From positions 25,971 through 89,970 of the forward strand of contig CAOKHL010000005.1 in the NCBI GenBank assembly GCA_948468315.1: a stretch of 64,000 bases of DNA. The letters are read 5' to 3'. Positions 1-9,714 of the stretch are shown here, one piece after another. Under the pieces are notes generated by a model, which did not search any database, was not told where the DNA came from, and saw only the letters and a list, made by a program, of their open reading frames with translations. Position 1 is the first letter of the stretch. Every line of letters starts with the position of its first letter. The stretch comes from an uncultured Eubacteriales bacterium. Lineage in GTDB: Bacteria > Bacillota > Clostridia > TANB77 > CAG-508. The position numbers and the translations under genes are program-made.

Positions 1-134
1 ATATCATTAAAATTAAAATTTTACTACATTTTATTGATAATATTTTTTATTATTCTGTATAGACTGGTTTTTCTTGTAGTCTCTTGTTATTTCAGCATTT
101 AAATTTTCTGGATTTCTATGTTTCTTACAAAAAT

Positions 135-857
135 TTAAATATATTGTTTTCTTATAAGCACAAATGGTGTTCTTTGTCTACCTTGACCACTTGGATTATC
201 TCTTATTATTTGTTTTAATACTTCATTTGATAACATTATATCACTTGACTTTCCCAAAATTTCTTGTCCTAAATCATTTGCATCTACTATCATTACACTT
301 ATTCCTAATTTTTGTTTTATTTCATTACATACATCTGTTGGATTGTGTGGCATTTGTATGCCTATATCTCTATACTCAGACCATACATGGTCATAAAATC
401 CATCTAGTCCAGAGACTTCTTGTCCAACAATTTTATAAAAAACTCCTTTTTTTCCAAAAAGCTTTGTAATTGCACTACATATAGACGCAAATAATACTTT
501 AGGTAAGCCTACTACATTAATTGCATATTGCATTTTTATTGTTTCTCCAACACCCACTCCTGTACTTGGATGTGAGGCAAATCTGGATAAAGTTTTTGCC
601 CAAAATCCTATTTTTAAATCTTCTCTTTTTACTACTCTATTCTGACATAAAGATATTATTTTTTCGCTACTTGATATTATATCTCCTTGTTTATATATTG
701 GACTTACATATTCTCTGAATAAATCTATATAGCTATCTCCTTGTTTTACAAACCTAGTTTGAATAACATGTCTTAAATAAGTATCTTCGCCAACTTTAAT
801 ACCTATTTTTTTCCCTTCATTTGCTATAAAATCCATATTTAATACCATTCCTTTCAT
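135..857 (-). CDS. CofE-like (F420-0:gamma-glutamyl ligase family) protein
   Basis: Intact 240-aa ORF. Sequence pattern (SSSEKIISL..., IVDANDLGQE) resembles the small gamma-glutamyl-ligase-like family. The family call is from memory; no search was possible. Confidence 0.4.
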   Translation of the reverse strand: MKGMVLNMDFIANEGKKIGIKVGEDTYLRHVIQTRFVKQGDSYIDLFREYVSPIYKQGDIISSSEKIISLCQNRVVKREDLKIGFWAKTLSRFASHPSTGVGVGETIKMQYAINVVGLPKVLFASICSAITKLFGKKGVFYKIVGQEVSGLDGFYDHVWSEYRDIGIQMPHNPTDVCNEIKQKLGISVMIVDANDLGQEILGKSSDIMLSNEVLKQIIRDNPSGQGRQRTPFVLIRKQYI

Positions 858-929
858 TACACTACTCTATAAAAATAGCATAATGTTGTATCTAAATTGT
901 ATTAAATTTGTATCAAAGTTGTATAAAAT

Positions 930-1732
930 CTATTTTTCCACATATATATAATTATTTGCAAGTTGTTCATTTGAGTGTATTGATAACTTAACATTTGTTC
1001 CATAATAATTTATTAAACTTACCCTTAATCCTGCTTTTTCAGAAACAAGCATATTATTTTCAAATTTAAAATCATCAATAATATATAAGTCCAAATATTT
1101 AATGTAATTTTCTAATATTTCTTTTGTACTTATCTCATTATTTAAATTATCTTTACTAAAAACAATATATAATATTTTTCCTGTTTTTGCTTCAAATTCC
1201 ATTTCATATTGATTAGCCTTGTCTTCTTTTGTTTCTAATTCTAATTTTACATTACTTGTAGTATATTGCAAACCGTCTTTACCGTATAACAGATAAGTCT
1301 CAGAAAAACCTACACCTGAATTTTCTGCTAAATTAAATTCTTTTAATATTTTATATTCTTTTAGTTTTGTTAGTTCTTTTTCTATCTTTTCTAATGTTAT
1401 ATCAGTATTAGTCTCTATTTCTTTCGTTTCACTTTCACTTAATTTATAGGATTTTTTTGACTGTTATTAGTTATTACTCCTTGCCATTTACCATCTTTAG
1501 CTTTTCCAATTACAACACTACTATTTTGACTTTCCATATCATGAATTGCTTTTACTAAATAAATATTTCTAGCTTCAAGGTCTATATTTTTATTATTCTT
1601 TTCTCTCTTCTTTACTGCTACTGAAACATTACTGTTTTCTAATTCTAATAATATTTCCGGTATTTTAAATGAGGCAATAATTATTATTCCAACAATTATA
1701 TAAATAACCATATTTTTTATTCTGTTTTTCAT
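930..1732 (-). CDS. Membrane-anchored hypothetical protein split into two ORFs at an A7 run
   Basis: The N-terminal TM-helix ORF (1439..1732) stops at 1439. The -1 frame is open from 1463 down to 930 and has no start or RBS of its own. The frames meet in the coding-sense A7 tract (plus-strand T7 at 1452-1458). Confidence 0.45.
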
Positions 1733-2964
1733 AGTTCTACCTCCTCTAAGTCAAAATAAACAACTGTCCCTAAATTCTCCTTACTTTGTATATTAATATT
1801 AGAATTATGTGCAAGCAATATCTTCTTAACTAAAGATAAACCTATACCACTTCCTCCATTTGTTCTACTTCTTGATTTATCTACCATATAAAAATCTTCT
1901 ATCACTCTATCTATATGTTCTTTTGGTATTCCTCTTCCTTTATCTATAACATAAATTCTGTATTTATTATTTTTAATTTTTTCACCTTTTATTATAATCT
2001 TATTATCTTTAGGTTCTGCTTTGTTCGCGTTTTCCACCAAATTTCTTATAACAACCTCTAATAATTCTTTATCTCCTTTTATTATTGATTCTTCAATATC
2101 TAATTCTAACACATTATTTTTTACTATATTTCCTTCTGAATTTGCAATTTTGTTTATAAATTCTACTATATTAATATTTGTCATTTCAATTTTTCCGTTT
2201 GTTAATGACATTAACCTCATTAATTTAAAAGAAAGACTCTCTAGCCTTTTTGCTTCTTGATAAATATAATTAATAGATTTTCTATAGACTTCTTCATCAC
2301 ATTTTTTCAATCTAAGCATTCCTGCATAACCTACTATTGAGGTCATTGGAGTTTTAAGTTCATGAGTAAATCCATTTATAAAATCATCTTTTTGTTTATT
2401 TAAGAGATTTAACTGGTTTATTCTATTTTCGATTTGTTCTGCCATTATATTAAAACTTTTAGCTAATTCTCCAATTTCATCTTTACTTTTTATTTTTACT
2501 TTTTCATTAAATTTACCTGAAGCTATCTTTTTACTTGCTTTATTTAAATTTTTTATTGGATTTGTTAAATATATTGAAAATACTGATATTACTATTGTAG
2601 AAATACTTAAAATTATTATATCTGTAATAAGCATTTCTCTCATTTGTCTATCTTTTTCTATATATATTTTTTGATTGTCCTCTCCATACAAAGCAACTAA
2701 TTCTTTATTATCACCCATATAATTATATAATGATTTTAAAGTTTCAACTATTTTTTCATCAGTAACTTCTTCTCCCATTTGAATAGTTTTTATAATCTCA
2801 TTTTCTAACATGTATCTTTCTATTAATTGTTGATTCATATATTGTTTACTACTATTATCAATTGAATGATAAAAATTACTTTTTACTATATAATATCTAC
2901 TAAATGAAAGTATTATAGATATTATTGTTATAACAAACAAAACTAGCTTTTTCCAAAATTTCAT
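1729..2964 (-). CDS. Sensor histidine kinase (TM, HAMP, HisKA, HATPase_c)
   Basis: 411-aa ORF. It has an H-box (FTHELKTPMTSI), N box (NLVENANKA) and G boxes (DKGRGIP, GGSGIGLSL). It overlaps the downstream ORF by 4 nt. Confidence 0.9.
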   Translation of the reverse strand: MKFWKKLVLFVITIISIILSFSRYYIVKSNFYHSIDNSSKQYMNQQLIERYMLENEIIKTIQMGEEVTDEKIVETLKSLYNYMGDNKELVALYGEDNQKIYIEKDRQMREMLITDIIILSISTIVISVFSIYLTNPIKNLNKASKKIASGKFNEKVKIKSKDEIGELAKSFNIMAEQIENRINQLNLLNKQKDDFINGFTHELKTPMTSIVGYAGMLRLKKCDEEVYRKSINYIYQEAKRLESLSFKLMRLMSLTNGKIEMTNINIVEFINKIANSEGNIVKNNVLELDIEESIIKGDKELLEVVIRNLVENANKAEPKDNKIIIKGEKIKNNKYRIYVIDKGRGIPKEHIDRVIEDFYMVDKSRSRTNGGSGIGLSLVKKILLAHNSNINIQSKENLGTVVYFDLEEVEL

Positions 2965-2965
2965 T

Positions 2966-3631
2966 TTATACCTCTAACATATAACCTATTTTATAAATTG
3001 TTTTTATTTTATCTTTCCAATCTAACTTTTTTCTTAATCTTTGTATATGTAAATCTAAAGTTCGTGTCTCAAATTCTAATTCTTCACCCCATACTTTTTC
3101 ATATAATGTTTCCTTATATAATGCAAAATTCTTATTTTGAATTAAAATTTGCAATAAATCAAATTCCTTAGGTGTAAGTAATACTTCTTTTCCATCTTTT
3201 TTTACAGTTCTTGATACTACATTTATTTCTATATTATCTATTTTTTGAATTTCAGTTCCTTTATTATATCTTCTAAGTACTGCTTCTATTCTTGCAAGTA
3301 ATTCTTCTGTTTCAAACGGTTTTGTTATATAATCATCTGCTCCATCTTTCAAACCTTTTATCTTATCTTTTGTTTGACTTTTTGCAGTTATAAATATTGT
3401 TGGTATTTCAGATATTTGCTTTATATATTCTAATAATTCATATCCATCAATTTTTGGTAACATTATATCTAATAAAATCAAATCATATTGATTCTTTTCT
3501 ATTAGATTCGCCCCTTTTTCTCCATCATCTGCAACTTCACATTTATATCCCTGTTCTTCTAATGCCATTTTCATAAGCTCTGAAATTGCAAGTTCATCCT
3601 CTACTATTAATATTTTATTCATATATGCCAT
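2966..3631 (-). CDS. OmpR-family response regulator
   Basis: Receiver domain (ILIVEDE..., DLILLDIMLP) plus a winged-helix C-terminus (LTPKEFDLL..., YKIGYML). It lies directly upstream of the kinase. Confidence 0.9.
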   Translation of the reverse strand: MAYMNKILIVEDELAISELMKMALEEQGYKCEVADDGEKGANLIEKNQYDLILLDIMLPKIDGYELLEYIKQISEIPTIFITAKSQTKDKIKGLKDGADDYITKPFETEELLARIEAVLRRYNKGTEIQKIDNIEINVVSRTVKKDGKEVLLTPKEFDLLQILIQNKNFALYKETLYEKVWGEELEFETRTLDLHIQRLRKKLDWKDKIKTIYKIGYMLEV

Positions 3632-3670
3632 CCCTCCATTTATTTTATAGTATATTTCTGTATCTAAGTT

Positions 3671-3861
3671 GTATCAATTTTTATTAGTTATGAAAGTTAT
3701 ATATATTAAAATGCAGTGACGCGCAGCTTGGGAAGGCGTTCTCCTTTTAAACAATAATTTACAGCACATAATTTTTACTAGCACAAACTTTATATAGGGT
3801 TTGCCTGACCAGTAAGGAACGGAATTTTAATATATATAACTTTCATAACTACGAATTATAC
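3671..3861. mobile_element. MITE copy 1 (termini partly decayed)
   Basis: 28-bp perfect inverted arms (3685-3712 and 3824-3851). The GC-rich inner blocks (gcagtgacgcgcagcttggga; gaccagtaaggaacg) are near-identical to the copy at 19151-19345. Confidence 0.6.
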
Positions 3862-3909
3862 CCAAACTTATGCCTAACAAAAAATGAACAAAAGGGAAAA
3901 CCCAATTGT

Positions 3910-4398
3910 TCATAAAGTTACTACTTCTTTTTTTTCTATACTTTTTCTTACATCTATTACTCTTTGATTTCCAGACCCTTTCCATTCCAGTCTTGGATTT
4001 TTTTCTGCTTCAACAAATTGCCCATCTACAAGAACATCTACATAATTCATAACATCTTTATCTTTTAGGTCTTTATCAAATTTATATCCTGACCATGCCC
4101 ATACATTTTTGTTTGGATATTTTTCTTTAAATGCTTTTACCAATTTTGTTGTTCCTTCTATATTATTAGGATGCATTGGTTCTCCACCTAAAACAGATAA
4201 TCCTTCTACATTTTCATTTTCACATAAATCTAAAACTCTATTTATTGTATCATCATTAAATTCTTTTCCTCCAGTAAAATCATGTGTTTCTGGGTTAAAA
4301 CAATTTTTACAATTGAAGGCACATCCTTGCATAAATATCGATACTCTAACACCTGGCCCATTTGAAATATCCATTTTTCTTATTTTGTTATATCTCAT
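3910..4398 (-). CDS. nrdG: Anaerobic ribonucleoside-triphosphate reductase activating protein
   Basis: 162 aa. Radical-SAM cluster motif (CAFNCKNCFNPETHDF) in the typical NrdG N-terminus. It sits downstream of nrdD. Confidence 0.9.
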   Translation of the reverse strand: MRYNKIRKMDISNGPGVRVSIFMQGCAFNCKNCFNPETHDFTGGKEFNDDTINRVLDLCENENVEGLSVLGGEPMHPNNIEGTTKLVKAFKEKYPNKNVWAWSGYKFDKDLKDKDVMNYVDVLVDGQFVEAEKNPRLEWKGSGNQRVIDVRKSIEKKEVVTL

Positions 4399-4470
4399 TT
4401 TTTGCCCCTTCCTATTTTTCTATTTAGACCGTTTCTTTTTGTCAAATGAAACGGTCTAGATAAGAAAACA

Positions 4471-6630
4471 TTATTCATCATCTTTATTATCAATATGTAA
4501 TACTCTTTCCTTGATTTCTTGTGTTCTACCTTTATTCCAGAAATTGCTTCCTATATAACCACATGTTCTTCTAGCTACATTAAGTGTGTCATGGTCTCTA
4601 TTTCCACAATTTGGACAATACCATTCTAGATTTTCATCTATTAAAATTTCTCCAGTAAATCCACATTTTTGACAATAATCTGATTTTGTATTTAATTCTG
4701 CATACATTATATTGTTATAAATAAATTCGATTATTTGTAATACTACTTCTAAATTGTCTTGTAGATTTGGTGTTTCTACATATGAAATTGCTCCTCCTGG
4801 ACTTAATCTTTGGAATTCACTTTCTAGTTTTAATTTAGAAAATGCGTCTATTTCTTCAAATACTGGAACATGGTAAGAGTTTGTAATATAGTCTCTATCT
4901 GTAATTCCTTCTACTATTCCAAATCTATCTTTTAAGCATTTAGAGAATTTATATGTTGTAGATTCTATTGGTGTTCCATAAACACTGTAATCAATGTCTT
5001 CTGCTTCTTTCCATTCTTTACATTTATCATTTAATTTTTGCATTACTTCTAATCCGAATTCTCTTCCACATTCTTTATCTGTATGACTTTTTCCTGTCAT
5101 ATATTTAACACATTCATAAAGTCCTGCATATCCTAATGATATTGTTGAATATCCTCCATGTAATAAATCGTGTATACTTGCTCCTTTTGGAAGTCTTGCT
5201 AATGCTCCATGTTGCCAAAGAATTGGTGCTACATCACTTGTAGCTTTTGATAGTCTTTCATGTCTTAATTGTAATGCTCTGTGACATAACTCTAGTCTTT
5301 CTTCAAATATCTTCCAGAATGCTTCTTTATCTTTATTAGATGATAATGCTACATCTACTAAGTTGATTGTTACAACTCCTTGATTAAATCTACCATAATA
5401 TTTTGGTCTATTTGTTTTTGGATCTACATATGGTGTTAAAAATGATCTACATCCCATACATGGATAACAATTTCCATTACCATTTTTGTCAATTTTGTAT
5501 TCTAACATTTTCTTTTCTGATATATAATCTGGAACCATTCTTTTTGCTGTACATTTTGCTGCAAGTTCTGTTAAATAGTAGTATTTGCTGTCTTTATGAA
5601 TATTGTCTTCTTCTAATACATATAGTAATTTTGGGAATGCTGGTGTTACATATACTCCTTTTTCGTTTTTCATTCCAACTATTCTTTGTTTTAAGAATTC
5701 TTCTATAATCATAGCAAGTTCTTCTTTATATTCTTCTGTTTCTCCTAAATAGAAACATACACTTAAGAATGGAGCTTGACCATTTGTTGTTGTCATAGAA
5801 TTAATTTGATATTGGAATGTTTGAACACCATCTCTTACTTCTTTTATTAAATCATCTTTTGCATATTTTTCACATTCTTCTTTTGAGAATTTTCTTTCTT
5901 CATATTTCTTTAAAAATCTATCATAACTTTCTTTTACAAATGGAGCTAGATGTGTCATTGTTACTGTAACTCCTCCATATTGACTAGAATTTACTGCTGT
6001 TATTATTTGTGTAGCTATTGTCATAGCTGTTAAAAATCTGTGTGGTTTTTCTATCATTACTCCATTTACTATTGTTCCATTTTGTAACATATCTTCTAAA
6101 TCTATTAAATCACAATTGTGTAGAGCATTTTGTGCAAAATAGTCTGCATCATGGAAATGTATTATTCCTTCATCATGTGCTTTTACTATATCTTCTGGTA
6201 ATAGAAATCTTCTTGTTATGTCTGTACTTGTGATACCAGCTAGGTAATCTCTTTGTGTTGTTACTATTTTTGCATTTTTATTTGAATTTTCTGTATTCCA
6301 ATATTCGCTTTCTCCTTCTATTAATTCTTTTATTGATTGATCTGTTGTATTTGCTTTTCTTACTAATTCTCTTGTATATCTATATGTAATATACTTTTTT
6401 GCTAATTGATATTTTCCAAATTCCATTAATTTTTCTTCTATAATGTCTTGTATGTCTTCAACTAGTATTCTTTTCTTATTTAATTCCTCTATATATTTTA
6501 TTATTTCTTCAATTTCCTCTTTTGTTGCTTTTTCTTTTCTACTTACTTCTTCATTTGCTTTGCTTATTGCTTTTTTTATTTTTTCAGCATTATATTCAAC
6601 TATTGTTCCATCTCTCTTTATTATTTTCAT
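4471..6630 (-). CDS. nrdD: Anaerobic ribonucleoside-triphosphate reductase (class III)
   Basis: 719 aa. N-terminal ATP-cone, C-terminal zinc ribbon (CQKCGF..CPNCG) and glycyl-radical motif RTCGYIG. Confidence 0.95.
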   Translation of the reverse strand: MKIIKRDGTIVEYNAEKIKKAISKANEEVSRKEKATKEEIEEIIKYIEELNKKRILVEDIQDIIEEKLMEFGKYQLAKKYITYRYTRELVRKANTTDQSIKELIEGESEYWNTENSNKNAKIVTTQRDYLAGITSTDITRRFLLPEDIVKAHDEGIIHFHDADYFAQNALHNCDLIDLEDMLQNGTIVNGVMIEKPHRFLTAMTIATQIITAVNSSQYGGVTVTMTHLAPFVKESYDRFLKKYEERKFSKEECEKYAKDDLIKEVRDGVQTFQYQINSMTTTNGQAPFLSVCFYLGETEEYKEELAMIIEEFLKQRIVGMKNEKGVYVTPAFPKLLYVLEEDNIHKDSKYYYLTELAAKCTAKRMVPDYISEKKMLEYKIDKNGNGNCYPCMGCRSFLTPYVDPKTNRPKYYGRFNQGVVTINLVDVALSSNKDKEAFWKIFEERLELCHRALQLRHERLSKATSDVAPILWQHGALARLPKGASIHDLLHGGYSTISLGYAGLYECVKYMTGKSHTDKECGREFGLEVMQKLNDKCKEWKEAEDIDYSVYGTPIESTTYKFSKCLKDRFGIVEGITDRDYITNSYHVPVFEEIDAFSKLKLESEFQRLSPGGAISYVETPNLQDNLEVVLQIIEFIYNNIMYAELNTKSDYCQKCGFTGEILIDENLEWYCPNCGNRDHDTLNVARRTCGYIGSNFWNKGRTQEIKERVLHIDNKDDE

Positions 6631-6910
6631 TTTTTACTTCCTCCCTTTTTTTGATAAACAAATTATAACTCTAAAAAAAAACAAATCTGTTGCAATTGCA
6701 ACAAATTTGTTTTTTGAATTTTATATTTAAATTATCTGTAAGCTTTTAAGTTTTATTACATTTATGTTACAAAAATATTACAATATTGTTACGTCTTATG
6801 GTAATTTTTGCCAATAATATCCATTCTTTAATTAATTATAATAAAAAATTAATCTTTTCTTAAAACATTTTTTCATTTTTACTTGTATAATAAATTTAAT
6901 GGAGGTTCAA

Positions 6911-7673
6911 ATGAAGAAAAAAAGAAAAAAATTAAACAAAATTAAAGTTATATTTTTCATATTAATCGTAATTTTTATTATATATTTATGTAATTGGATA
7001 ACCCACCTTGACAAAAAAAATTTACCTAACATTTTTAATTTACAAAGTTCTTCTAATTATGAAATAATAAAACAAGATAAAAATGAAAATTATCTTGGTG
7101 TTGGTAAGCAACTTATAGAAAATAAAGATGGATATTTTTCTACATTTACAACAATTGAAAAAAACAAAAAGGTTTATAAGGAATATAAGCAAAACGGAAA
7201 TTCTTCTTGGGCTAATAATACATACTGGGGCGGAACTATGAGTGAAAATGGTTGTGGTATAACTTCTATTTCAATAATACTTAGTGGGTATAATAAAAAT
7301 TATACACCAGAGCAACTTAGGAAAAAATATTTACCTGTTTTAGATAGCGAGAAAATCTCTAAAGAATTATCTTCTACTTTTGGGATAAAAAATACAGATT
7401 TTTACTTTGATGACACTCATTTATCAAAAAAATCTATATCACAACATCTGCAAACTAATAGACCTATTTTAATTTGTGTTTGGAATAAACCATCAGATAA
7501 TCGTTGGACAACCGCTTCTCATTATATGGTACTACTTGCAACTGATGGTGATAACATGGTATATATTTCTAATCCCAATCGGTCTTGAAAATGATAGTAA
7601 AAGTTCAGGTTGGTATAATTATGATGAAGTTTTACCTTATATTGCTAAAGCTTTATATATAGAAAGTTATTAA
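6911..7673 (+). CDS. C39-like (papain-fold) peptidase domain protein, membrane anchored; needs a +1 shift at CGG 7580-7582
   Basis: A GGAGG RBS lies before the ATG at 6911. There is a catalytic-Cys context (ENGCGITSISIIL) and a later His (ASHYMVLL). Frame 0 stops at 7588. Skipping C7580 gives ...YISNPN-G-LENDSKSSGWYNYDEVLPYIAKALYIESY. Confidence 0.65.
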
Positions 7674-7721
7674 AAATAAGACTAGGAACAAATTTTAAAA
7701 AATTCCTAGTCTTTTTGATTT

Positions 7722-8516
7722 CTATTCTCCTACTTTAACATCTCCACAATCTGCATCAATTTTTAATGTTATTTCTGCACTTCTATTATTGTTTTTTACT
7801 TTAACATCTCCTAAATCAACATTTGCTTCAATATAAATATCATTAGTATGGTTTATTTTTACATTTCCATAATCTGATTTTATTGATGAATTTTCTTTTA
7901 TCTGTAATTCTTCAATTTTTACATTTCCACAATCTGAATTTACTTTAATTTTGTTTAATACTGTTCTTATACTAACATTTCCAAATGAACAATTTACATT
8001 AACATCTTTTATTTTTTGTAATTCTATATTTCCACAATCTGCGTCAATATTTATTGTTGCATTTTCTAAATCATCTGCTTGACAATTTCCATAATTGTTT
8101 TTAATATTTATTTCATTAGAATAATTTCTAGGAATATAAACGACAATTTCATTTATATAAGAAGAGAAAAAAGACCACTTTTTGCTATGTCTTGAATTAT
8201 CAATAGCTAATTTATTATTGTAAAAATCAACTTTTACATCAGAAGTATCTTCTCCATATACAACAACTCTTATATTCTCATCTATTCCATTTTCTATCTT
8301 AATATCTGCTGCATTTGATAAAATTTCTACATTATTAATTTCTTGAATATTATAGCTTTCCTCAAAAATTTTGTCTGTACTCTTTCTACCAAAATTTCCA
8401 AAATTAAACATGAAACTTCCCTTTCCATTTAAACATATTCCTAAAAATGCTATTAACCCAATAATTATAATTACAAGTAAAATTATTAAAATAATAATTA
8501 TATTTCTATTCTTCAT
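7722..8516 (-). CDS. DUF4097-like repeat (putative adhesin / LiaG-like) membrane protein
   Basis: N-terminal TM helix. Repeated (D/S)xGNVKI and CGNIEL beta-helix-like units. Confidence 0.55.
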   Translation of the reverse strand: MKNRNIIIILIILLVIIIIGLIAFLGICLNGKGSFMFNFGNFGRKSTDKIFEESYNIQEINNVEILSNAADIKIENGIDENIRVVVYGEDTSDVKVDFYNNKLAIDNSRHSKKWSFFSSYINEIVVYIPRNYSNEINIKNNYGNCQADDLENATINIDADCGNIELQKIKDVNVNCSFGNVSIRTVLNKIKVNSDCGNVKIEELQIKENSSIKSDYGNVKINHTNDIYIEANVDLGDVKVKNNNRSAEITLKIDADCGDVKVGE

Positions 8517-9171
8517 TAACTTCTTCCTCCTTTAACATAAATATTAATTTAATAATTTGACATATTAATCCATCAATTACAAATATTATCCAAGTTATAT
8601 GCCATGCCATTGTGGCAAAACTAATAATGAAATAAATTATTGTACATATTACTCCAACAATTCCATTAATTTGTTTTAAAATTGCATCTTCTTTGTTTTC
8701 TTTTTCTGTTTTTTCAAATTTTGGTATAGACATATAATGTTTAATTATTCTTGCAGTAGCCCAAGCAATAGCAAGTAAAAATACTGCTGTTACAACAATT
8801 GGGTCAATTCTAAGTACAGGAATAGCTACAATTAACATTGCTACTGCTGCAATGTAAATAAATACAGATGTACTTACTACTTCTGCTGATTTTCTTTTTA
8901 CTTCTTGTCTTGACATTGGCTTTTCTTCATCTTCTATGTTATTTTCTACTGTTGTATTATTTTCTTCTTCTGTTTTTTTGCCAATTAATAACTCCTCTGT
9001 ACTTATTTCAAATAGCTCACATAATGGTACTATTTTATCAAAATCTGGTGTACTTTGATTAGTTTCCCATTTAGATACTGTCTGTCTTGTTACATTTAAT
9101 TTATCTGCAACCTCTTCCTGAGATAAATTTTTTCCTTTTCTTAATTCAAATAATTTTTGACCTAAATCCAT
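8506..9171 (-). CDS. XRE-family HTH regulator with C-terminal transmembrane segments
   Basis: The N-terminus (LRKGKNLSQEEVADKLNVTRQTVSKWETNQSTPD) is a classic XRE HTH. It is followed by 3-4 hydrophobic helices and overlaps the DUF4097 gene. Confidence 0.75.
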   Translation of the reverse strand: MDLGQKLFELRKGKNLSQEEVADKLNVTRQTVSKWETNQSTPDFDKIVPLCELFEISTEELLIGKKTEEENNTTVENNIEDEEKPMSRQEVKRKSAEVVSTSVFIYIAAVAMLIVAIPVLRIDPIVVTAVFLLAIAWATARIIKHYMSIPKFEKTEKENKEDAILKQINGIVGVICTIIYFIISFATMAWHITWIIFVIDGLICQIIKLIFMLKEEEVNEE

Positions 9172-9306
9172 TTTTTACACCTTCCCTTCTATTCAAAATT
9201 ATATATATTTTTCCAGTTGCATTCTACCAACTAGGGTTTGAAATTTGTCAACTAGAATTAACATTCCGCTGTTTTCAAGGCTTTCGGACTCTCATTTTTA
9301 TTTTAA

Positions 9307-9711
9307 TTAAAATATAATTTTTTCAATAATTTGTTTTACTCTTTCATAATTTTTGTTTAAATATAAATATCCAATTAAAGATTCAAATGCTGTGGAATAC
9401 ATATATTCTTGAATATTTGAATTTTTAGGTAAATGATGATTATTAGCATTTCTTCCTCTTCTTACAATGTCTTTTTCTTCATCACTTAATTCTTCATAAA
9501 TATTTTTTAAGAAGTTAGCCTGTGCTCCAGCTTTTACATATTTAATCGCCTCAATATGTAATTTATGTGGATTTAGGTTTGTTGTATTTACTAGATATGT
9601 TCTAATATATAATTCATATACACAATCTCCAACATATGCCCATACAAGTGGAGACATTTGATTTACATCTTGTGCTTCTCTATTTATTGGTATAAATTCT
9701 TCTATTTTCAA
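9307..9711 (-). CDS. mrnC: Mini-ribonuclease 3
   Basis: 134 aa with the signature AYVGDCVYELYIRTYL and a C-terminal ESLIGYLYL. Confidence 0.85.
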   Translation of the reverse strand: MKIEEFIPINREAQDVNQMSPLVWAYVGDCVYELYIRTYLVNTTNLNPHKLHIEAIKYVKAGAQANFLKNIYEELSDEEKDIVRRGRNANNHHLPKNSNIQEYMYSTAFESLIGYLYLNKNYERVKQIIEKIIF

Positions 9712-9714
9712 ATT

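Noticed and set aside
4425-4458. The 11-bp GC-containing hairpin (tagaccgtttc...gaaacggtcta) between nrdD and nrdG, considered as a terminator.
   Set aside because: No U-run follows it on the transcribed (minus) strand, and nrdG needs co-expression with nrdD. It is more likely an intercistronic stabiliser or processing stem, and I did not report it as a feature.
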